Assembly (NCBI GenBank): GCA_035477775.1
Contig: DATIKH010000085.1
Coordinates: 3,981-67,980, forward strand
Length of the DNA: 64,000 bases
DNA from: Bacteroidales bacterium
GTDB lineage: Bacteria; Bacteroidota; Bacteroidia; Bacteroidales; UBA7960
Reading direction: 5' to 3'
Positions 58,060 to 64,000 of this stretch are shown here, piece after piece (the first letter of the stretch is position 1; each line of letters opens with the position of its first letter). Made by a program: the position numbers and the translations under genes. The notes under the pieces were generated by a model. The model searched no databases and was not told where the DNA came from. It saw only the letters and a program-made list of their open reading frames with translations.

Positions 58060-59097
58060 CTATATTATTCCAGCTTTTAAATTTTGCTCCCATTGCCAGG
58101 CCGACAGCATCATTTCTTCAAGCCCTTTCTCAGCCTTCCAGCCCAGTTTCCCATTGGCATGAGCCACATCAGCCCAAACCTTTTCCACATCGCCTTCGCG
58201 CCTTTTTGTGATTTCAAAGTTAAGTTTTAGACCGCTTACTTTTTCAAAAGCTTTAATAGCTTCCAAAACGCTGGTACCTTTCCCAGTGCCAAGGTTAAAA
58301 AACTCCACATTGTTTTCCATGACCTGCAGCAACATGCGCTGCATTGCCACAACGTGTGCCTTTGCAAGGTCAACAACATGAATGTAATCTCTGATGCACG
58401 TACCATCGGGGGTGTTGTAGTCATTTCCAAATACCATAATCTTTGGCCTCAGGCCAATGGCCGTTTGGGTTATGAAGGGTACCAGGTTGTTCGGTATTCC
58501 GATGGGCAATTCGCCAATCAGGGCGCTTTCATGTGCCCCAATCGGATTAAAATACCGGAGCGAGATCACTTTCAGGTCCGAAACCGTTGCAGCATCAGCA
58601 AGGATTTCTTCGCTGATCTGTTTGGTATTGCCATAAGGAGAAAAGGCTTTTTTAATGGGCGATTGCTCAGTTACGGGCAAGGTGTCGGGCTGGCCATAAA
58701 CGGTGCACGACGACGAAAATACCATGTTGAAAACACGGGTCTCCTGCATTACCTGCAGCAGGTTTATGAGCGAGACCAGATTGTTGTGATAATATTTCAG
58801 CGGAAGCTCTACCGATTCGCCAACTGCCTTGTAGGCGGCAAAATGAATGACTCCTGCAAGGTCAGGGTGCTCACGAAAAACCATCCGCAAGGCGGCTTCA
58901 TCGCAAAGGTCAACCTGATAAAAAGTGGGGACTCTTCCTGTGATCTGCCCGATTTGACCAACGATTTTATCGGTCGAATTGGATAAATTATCCACAATCA
59001 CAACCTGGTATCCGGCTTGCTGAAGCTCAACTGTTGTATGTGAGCCGATGTAGCCGGTGCCTCCGGTTACCAGAACTTTTTTTGGCATGGAATTCAT
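58060..59097 (-). CDS. galE: UDP-glucose 4-epimerase
   Basis: KVLVTGGTGYIGSH, YGNTK and NLGTGKGTSVLE. Start at the ATG 59097 or 59088. The TTG at 59112 would overlap the upstream gene. Confidence 0.88.
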   Translation of the reverse strand: MNSMPKKVLVTGGTGYIGSHTTVELQQAGYQVVIVDNLSNSTDKIVGQIGQITGRVPTFYQVDLCDEAALRMVFREHPDLAGVIHFAAYKAVGESVELPLKYYHNNLVSLINLLQVMQETRVFNMVFSSSCTVYGQPDTLPVTEQSPIKKAFSPYGNTKQISEEILADAATVSDLKVISLRYFNPIGAHESALIGELPIGIPNNLVPFITQTAIGLRPKIMVFGNDYNTPDGTCIRDYIHVVDLAKAHVVAMQRMLLQVMENNVEFFNLGTGKGTSVLEAIKAFEKVSGLKLNFEITKRREGDVEKVWADVAHANGKLGWKAEKGLEEMMLSAWQWEQNLKAGII

Positions 59098-59099
59098 GT

Positions 59100-60401
59100 T
59101 TAAAAGCTCCAATAGGTCAGGTCTTTGATCTTGCTGCGAAAAATGCCCTTAAGGTCGAACAGGATTGGATTTTTGACTCCCTGCATCAGCGATTTGAAGT
59201 CTGATTCCGTGAGGTTTTTGTAGGGTTCGTGCATAACGGCAACTACCACGGCATCGTATGATTTGCCGGGTTTGTCAACCAGTGTAAAACCGTACTCATG
59301 TTCTATTTCTTTGGGATCGGCAAAAGGGTCAACAACTTCCACCTGAACCCCGTAGCTGTGTAGCTCTTTCACAAGGTCGGCTACTTTCGAGTTGCGGCTA
59401 TCGGTAACGTTTTCCTTAAACGTGGCACCCATAACAAGCACCTTGGCATGAAGCACGTTTTTTCCGGAAGCAATAAGTTTTTTTACCAATTGCTTTGCGG
59501 CATAAAACCCCATGCTGTCGTTAACAAACCTCCCGGCATTGATTACCTGGGGATGGTAGCGGAATTCTTTTGCTTTGTAAACCAGGTAATACGGATCAAC
59601 GCCTATGCAATGTCCGCCTACAAGCCCTGGAAAGAACTTCAGAAAATTCCACTTAGTCCCTGCAGCTTCGAGCACGTCGTAGGTGTTTATTCCCATTCGG
59701 TTAAAAATGATCGACAACTCGTTGATCAGGGCAATATTCACATCGCGCTGGGTGTTTTCAATGATCTTGGCCGCTTCGGCTACTTTAATGGAAGGTGCCC
59801 GATGCACTCCCGCAGCAACCACCAGTTCGTAAGTTTTGGCAATGTTTTCGAGGGCTTCCTCATCATTGCCCGAAACTACCTTCGTTATGGTGGTAAGGGT
59901 GTGGTTCTTATCGCCGGGGTTGATACGTTCGGGTGAAAAACCAACTTTAAAATCAACACCTGCCTTTAGCCCCGACATCTTTTCGAGTATCGGAACGCAA
60001 TCCTCCTCTGTACAGCCTGGGTAAACGGTTGATTCATACAACACATAATCCCCTTTCTTGAGGGCCTTGCCCACCGAGTGCGAAGCCGAAAACAACGGAC
60101 GCAGATCGGGCAGGTTGTGTTCGTCTATAGGGGTTGGCACCCCGATAATGTGAAAATGGGCATTTTTAAGGTCTTCTTCATTGGTGGTAAACAGCACATC
60201 GCAGCCTTCGAAAGCTTCCGGCCCAAGTTCATGGCTCGGATCGATACGGTTGCGCATCATTTCTACCCTGTCGGCCTTAATGTCGAATCCAATGACTTTT
60301 ATCCTGCGACCAAACTCAAGCGCCAATGGAAGACCTACATATCCTAACCCGATTACCGAAAGAGCTGCTTCTTTTTTCAAAAGCCTTTCATAAATTCCCA
60401 T
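59100..60401 (-). CDS. UDP-N-acetyl-hexosamine 6-dehydrogenase (nucleotide-sugar dehydrogenase; WbpA/TviB-like)
   Basis: VIGLGYVGLPLA Rossmann motif, the catalytic-Cys region GGHCIGVDPYY and the UDPG_MGDP_dh layout. I prefer the ATG at 60401, 4 nt after the upstream stop codon. Confidence 0.8.
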   Translation of the reverse strand: MGIYERLLKKEAALSVIGLGYVGLPLALEFGRRIKVIGFDIKADRVEMMRNRIDPSHELGPEAFEGCDVLFTTNEEDLKNAHFHIIGVPTPIDEHNLPDLRPLFSASHSVGKALKKGDYVLYESTVYPGCTEEDCVPILEKMSGLKAGVDFKVGFSPERINPGDKNHTLTTITKVVSGNDEEALENIAKTYELVVAAGVHRAPSIKVAEAAKIIENTQRDVNIALINELSIIFNRMGINTYDVLEAAGTKWNFLKFFPGLVGGHCIGVDPYYLVYKAKEFRYHPQVINAGRFVNDSMGFYAAKQLVKKLIASGKNVLHAKVLVMGATFKENVTDSRNSKVADLVKELHSYGVQVEVVDPFADPKEIEHEYGFTLVDKPGKSYDAVVVAVMHEPYKNLTESDFKSLMQGVKNPILFDLKGIFRSKIKDLTYWSF

Positions 60402-60405
60402 TTTC

Positions 60406-61452
60406 CTAAATCTTTTTGTTAACGAATGCCTTGCTGCGCAAAGCATAAATCCTTTCAATGATTTCAACTACTTTGAGCCCCTCCAGCCCGTTGGTGGTGA
60501 TGGTGGATCTTCCGTTGAGGGTATCGACCACATTTTGAATGACAAAGTGATGGTTGGCAGCGCTTCCTTTGTACGACCCGTAGTCGTTGGGTGGTTCGGA
60601 AGGCGGAAGCTGAGGCATCTCATAATTTTCGATATGGCAGTATTCCACCTCATTCATATACTGGCCTCCAATTTTAACACTGCCCTTGCTGCCGGTGATG
60701 GTCATGGTGCTTTCCATGTTTTTGTCCCACACCGCAGTGGAGTAATTCAGGCAGCCCATACCTCCGTTGGTGAAATTGAAGGTTACCATGCCGGAGTCTT
60801 CGAATTCGGTAAGGCCGGCGTGTGCAAAATCATCAAACTTCGCCTGAATGTCTTTAATATCTCCAAAAAGCCAGTACAAAATATCGATAAAATGCGAGAA
60901 TTGGGTAAAAAGGGTGCCACCGTCTAATGAAGCTGTGCCATGCCAGCCGCCTTTTTTGTAGTAGCGGTGGTCGCGGTTCCAGAAACAGTCAACCTTTACC
61001 ATGAAAATATCGCCAAGTGTTTTGTTTTCGATAAGTTGCCTGATCCAGACCGACGGAGGCGAATAGCGGTTTTGCATCACCACAAACAAGTGCCGGTTTA
61101 CCTGCATCGACTTATGAATGATGGATTCGCACTGAGCCTTGGTAAGCGCCATGGGTTTTTCGCACACCACATGGATTCTTTTTTCAAGTACTTTCAGGCA
61201 ATGGTCTGCATGCAGACCGTTTGGTGTACAAATATTTATTACATCAAAACCGATATTGCTTTGGAGCAACTCATCAATATTTGAGAAAAAAGGAACTTGA
61301 TAGGCTTCCAGATTAAGGGTAGATGCCGGCTTAATATCGCACAGCGCGACAAGTTCTGCTTCCGGATTTCTGACTATCATCTCGGCATGGCGCTTGCCAA
61401 TATGGCCGCAGCCAACCACTCCGAATCGAATCTTTTCAGTTCGTTTAATCAT
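60406..61452 (-). CDS. Gfo/Idh/MocA-family oxidoreductase (WbpB-like)
   Basis: FGVVGCGHIGKRH N-terminal Rossmann motif. Context between a sugar dehydrogenase and an acetyltransferase/aminotransferase pair. Confidence 0.75.
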   Translation of the reverse strand: MIKRTEKIRFGVVGCGHIGKRHAEMIVRNPEAELVALCDIKPASTLNLEAYQVPFFSNIDELLQSNIGFDVINICTPNGLHADHCLKVLEKRIHVVCEKPMALTKAQCESIIHKSMQVNRHLFVVMQNRYSPPSVWIRQLIENKTLGDIFMVKVDCFWNRDHRYYKKGGWHGTASLDGGTLFTQFSHFIDILYWLFGDIKDIQAKFDDFAHAGLTEFEDSGMVTFNFTNGGMGCLNYSTAVWDKNMESTMTITGSKGSVKIGGQYMNEVEYCHIENYEMPQLPPSEPPNDYGSYKGSAANHHFVIQNVVDTLNGRSTITTNGLEGLKVVEIIERIYALRSKAFVNKKI

Positions 61453-61503
61453 TGTTATTCTCTTTGATGCTCCGGTGGAAATAGTTTTATTGCCAGTCGA
61501 ACA

Positions 61504-62076
61504 TTACGCAATTCGCTTTACCGAGCCATTTTCCAAAAAATATTCCTGACCCGATTCAGGGCATTTGGCTTTTCCTGTTGGATCGAATTTCAACTTGTGG
61601 CCGTATTCGCTCATCCAGCCAATATGCTTAGCGGGGTTGCCCACCACAAGGGCATAAGCAGGCACATCGCGAATTACCACAGCTCCTGCTCCTATGAAAG
61701 CAAACTCTCCGATTTCGATGCCGCAAACCACCGTGGCATTGGCCCCAATGGTGGCGCCGCGTCGTACAAGGGTTTTTACGTATTGTTCGCGCCTGTTAAC
61801 TGCGCTCCGCGGATTCACAATATTGGTAAACACCATCGAAGGCCCCAGGAAAACGTCGTCTTCACAGGTCACGCCTGTGTAAATGGAGACGTTGTTTTGT
61901 ACTTTAACGTTATTTCCCAAAACCACGCCAGGCGAAACCACCACGTTTTGCCCCAGGTTGCAATTCTCGCCGAGTACACAACCTGGCATCAGATGGCTGA
62001 AATGCCAGATACGGGTTCCTTTTCCGATGGAACATCCCAGGTCAATAACCGCTGTTTCGTGGCAAAAAAAATCCAT
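61504..62076 (-). CDS. Left-handed beta-helix (hexapeptide) N-acetyltransferase (WbpD-like)
   Basis: Repeating [LIV]-G-x4 hexapeptides ([48 protein letters not shown]). Confidence 0.78.
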   Translation of the reverse strand: MDFFCHETAVIDLGCSIGKGTRIWHFSHLMPGCVLGENCNLGQNVVVSPGVVLGNNVKVQNNVSIYTGVTCEDDVFLGPSMVFTNIVNPRSAVNRREQYVKTLVRRGATIGANATVVCGIEIGEFAFIGAGAVVIRDVPAYALVVGNPAKHIGWMSEYGHKLKFDPTGKAKCPESGQEYFLENGSVKRIA

Positions 62077-62093
62077 AGAAGCCGGGTGTTTGA

Positions 62094-63224
62094 TTAACGA
62101 TTTACATATTCCAAAACAGAAGAGGTAATGTATTTCAGTTGTTCATCATCGAGTTCGGTGTGCATCGGCAAAGATATTACGCTTTTGCTTAAGGCTTCGG
62201 TTACCGGGAAGTCGCCTTCCTTATATCGCGGATCTGTATAGGCTTTTTGCAAATGCATTGGTACTGGGTAGTAAACCATTGCCGGAATATCCTTCGTCTG
62301 CAGGTAGTCTTGCAGGCCAAAGCGGTCGATGTTTTGGGTTATTAGGGTGTATTGATGAAACACATGGGTCGAGAAGCTGGCCCTTTTTGGTGTGAGCAGC
62401 CTGGGATTGTTGGCAAAGGCACGGTCGTAATAATCGGCGGCGGCCCTGCGGGCTTCAGCAAACTGGTCGAGGCGGCGCAACTTAATGCGCAATATGGCAG
62501 CCTGAATACTGTCGAGGCGGGAGTTGACCCCGATCGAATCGTGATAGTATCTTACTTCCATTCCGTGGTTTACCACAACACGCATCTTTTGTGCCAGGCG
62601 GTCGTCGTCGGTAAAGAGGGCTCCGCCATCACCATAACATCCGAGGTTTTTTGAGGGGAAGAATGAGGTACACCCGATAATACTCATGGTGCCTGCCTTT
62701 TTGGTGGTGCCATCGGCAAAGCGGTAGTCAGCTCCAATAGCCTGGGCATTGTCTTCTATAACATACAAACCATGATCTTCGGCAATTTTCAGGATCTTTT
62801 CCATTTCGACACATTGCCCAAATAAATGTACCGGCACAACTGCTTTGGTTTTTGGGGTGATGGCCTTGCGGAATGCCTCCGGGTCCATGTTAAAAGTCAG
62901 CGGATCCACGTCAACCAAAACCGGGGTTAAACCCAGAAGGGCTATCACCTCAACGGTAGCAACAAAAGTAAATGAAGTGGTTATGACCTCATCGCCAGGC
63001 TTTAACTCCAATGCCATCATGGCAACCTGCAATGCATCCGTTCCATTGGCGCATGGGATCACATGTTTTATACCAAGATAGGCTTCCAACTCCTGTTGGA
63101 ATTTTTTCACCTCAGGCCCGTTGATGTATTGAGTTGATCGGACTACATCCAATACTGCATTATCAATTTCTCCGGCCATTTTTTCGTACTGGGCCTTAAG
63201 GTCAACCATTTGAATTTTTCTCAT
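62094..63224 (-). CDS. DegT/DnrJ/EryC1/StrS-family PLP aminotransferase (WbpE-like)
   Basis: CANGTDAL, the [12 protein letters not shown]-lysine context and 376 aa. Confidence 0.85.
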   Translation of the reverse strand: MRKIQMVDLKAQYEKMAGEIDNAVLDVVRSTQYINGPEVKKFQQELEAYLGIKHVIPCANGTDALQVAMMALELKPGDEVITTSFTFVATVEVIALLGLTPVLVDVDPLTFNMDPEAFRKAITPKTKAVVPVHLFGQCVEMEKILKIAEDHGLYVIEDNAQAIGADYRFADGTTKKAGTMSIIGCTSFFPSKNLGCYGDGGALFTDDDRLAQKMRVVVNHGMEVRYYHDSIGVNSRLDSIQAAILRIKLRRLDQFAEARRAAADYYDRAFANNPRLLTPKRASFSTHVFHQYTLITQNIDRFGLQDYLQTKDIPAMVYYPVPMHLQKAYTDPRYKEGDFPVTEALSKSVISLPMHTELDDEQLKYITSSVLEYVNR

Positions 63225-63262
63225 AGGAAAGGCTATTTGGTTAATGTTTGGGGTTCAGGCTG

Positions 63263-63270
63263 CAAATATA
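63263..63270 (-). promoter_or_regulatory. -7 box TATATTTG upstream of the nucleotide-sugar operon
   Basis: The minus strand reads TATATTTG 39 nt upstream of the ATG at 63224. Confidence 0.45.
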
Positions 63271-63372
63271 TCAATTATTGCGCAGTTCTTTATGGTTCCC
63301 ACTATACTATTGTTAAATTTATAACAATTCGGATTGTGTTGCTGGTGTTGGATTTCGTTCCTGCGATTCATG

Positions 63373-63380
63373 TATCTTTG
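63373..63380 (+). promoter_or_regulatory. -7 box TATCTTTG upstream of waaA
   Basis: Exact TAnnTTTG match 25 nt upstream of the ATG at 63405. Confidence 0.5.
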
Positions 63381-63404
63381 CCATGAAAAAATGCCAAAAT
63401 AAGT

Positions 63405-64000
63405 ATGCGCTTTTTGTACAATGGATTAATTTGGGTTTACAAAGCTGGCATTTTGATAGCTGCTTTGTTCAACTCCAAGGCCCGCTCTTGGGTTTCAGGC
63501 CGTAAGGGGCAGTTTGACAGGATGAAGGCTGCCCGAATTGACGACAGGCCAGTCGTGTGGTTTCATTGCGCCTCTCTCGGTGAGTTTGAGCAGGGGAGAC
63601 CGGTACTGGAAGCATTTCGGAGGGAGTTTCCGAATTATGGCATTTTGCTGACTTTTTTTTCCCCATCGGGCTACAATATTCGTAAAAACTACAATGGAGC
63701 CGATTATGTTTTTTATCTTCCGCTCGATACGCCTGCAGGTGTAAGGCAGTTTCTGAACGTTTGGAATCCCTCGCTGGCCATTTTTGTCAAGTATGAATTT
63801 TGGTTCAACTATTTAAAAGCTTTGAAAAAAAGAGGTGTTCCGACTTTTGTAATTTCGGCCATTTTCAGGCCGGACCAATACTTTTTCAAAGGTTTTGGCA
63901 AGTGGTTCCGGAAGCAATTGGGCATGGTATCCTGTTATTTTGTTCAGAACCCTGTCTCACTGGAACTTTTGCAAAAGGCTGGTATTTCTCATGCATTAAT
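63405..64000 (+). CDS. waaA: 3-deoxy-D-manno-octulosonic acid (Kdo) transferase, N-terminal part (runs off the window)
   Basis: My own translation gives MRFLYNGLIWVYKAGILIAALFNSKARSWVSGRKGQFDRM...RPVVWFHCASLGEFEQGRPVLEAFRREFPNYGILLTFFSPSGY, the typical KdtA/WaaA N-terminus. It is open to the window end, so absent from the ORF track. Confidence 0.88.
   Translation, partial: MRFLYNGLIWVYKAGILIAALFNSKARSWVSGRKGQFDRMKAARIDDRPVVWFHCASLGEFEQGRPVLEAFRREFPNYGILLTFFSPSGYNIRKNYNGADYVFYLPLDTPAGVRQFLNVWNPSLAIFVKYEFWFNYLKALKKRGVPTFVISAIFRPDQYFFKGFGKWFRKQLGMVSCYFVQNPVSLELLQKAGISHAL

Overview
The window reads as a chromosomal segment of a Bacteroidota genome. Three things support this: T9SS C-terminal sorting domains of both type A and type B, many TAnnTTTG -7 promoter boxes directly upstream of genes, and little Shine-Dalgarno signal. 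Most of it is ordinary housekeeping. Genes recognised: uvrC (partial), tRNA-Gln, rimP-nusA-infB, pgi, tdk, rsmI, lepA, sdaA, yceD-rpmF-plsX-fabH, dtd plus a MazG-like gene, ggt, rsmE, lysA, queD-folE, fabD and waaA (partial). Accessory and envelope content: (1) a run of exported hydrolases (M3 peptidase, alpha/beta hydrolase, a 1253-aa S8 peptidase with a T9SS CTD, a small lipoprotein); (2) a CUB/P-domain T9SS type-B cargo followed by a TPR protein; (3) an ECF sigma factor with an anti-sigma-like/beta-barrel fusion; (4) a 1076-aa multi-cofactor fusion oxidoreductase; (5) two tandem TlpA-like thioredoxin lipoproteins; (6) a serpin; (7) a nucleotide-sugar cluster resembling the WbpA/B/E/D route to UDP-2,3-diacetamido-2,3-dideoxy-glucuronate, together with rfbB, galE and a PHP tyrosine phosphatase. 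I saw no CRISPR array, transposase, integrase, prophage or recognisable defence island, and I cannot honestly name a clear novel multi-gene system here. The least explained signals are: a terminator-capped, strongly base-paired ~170-nt element (alternatively a 51-codon ORF) just upstream of the ECF sigma gene; the four-module fusion oxidoreductase with its long leader; a heptanucleotide tandem repeat abutting the start codon of the second TlpA-like paralog; and a 575-bp AT-rich non-coding gap upstream of lysA. All product calls come from motif and family recognition by eye. No searches were run.
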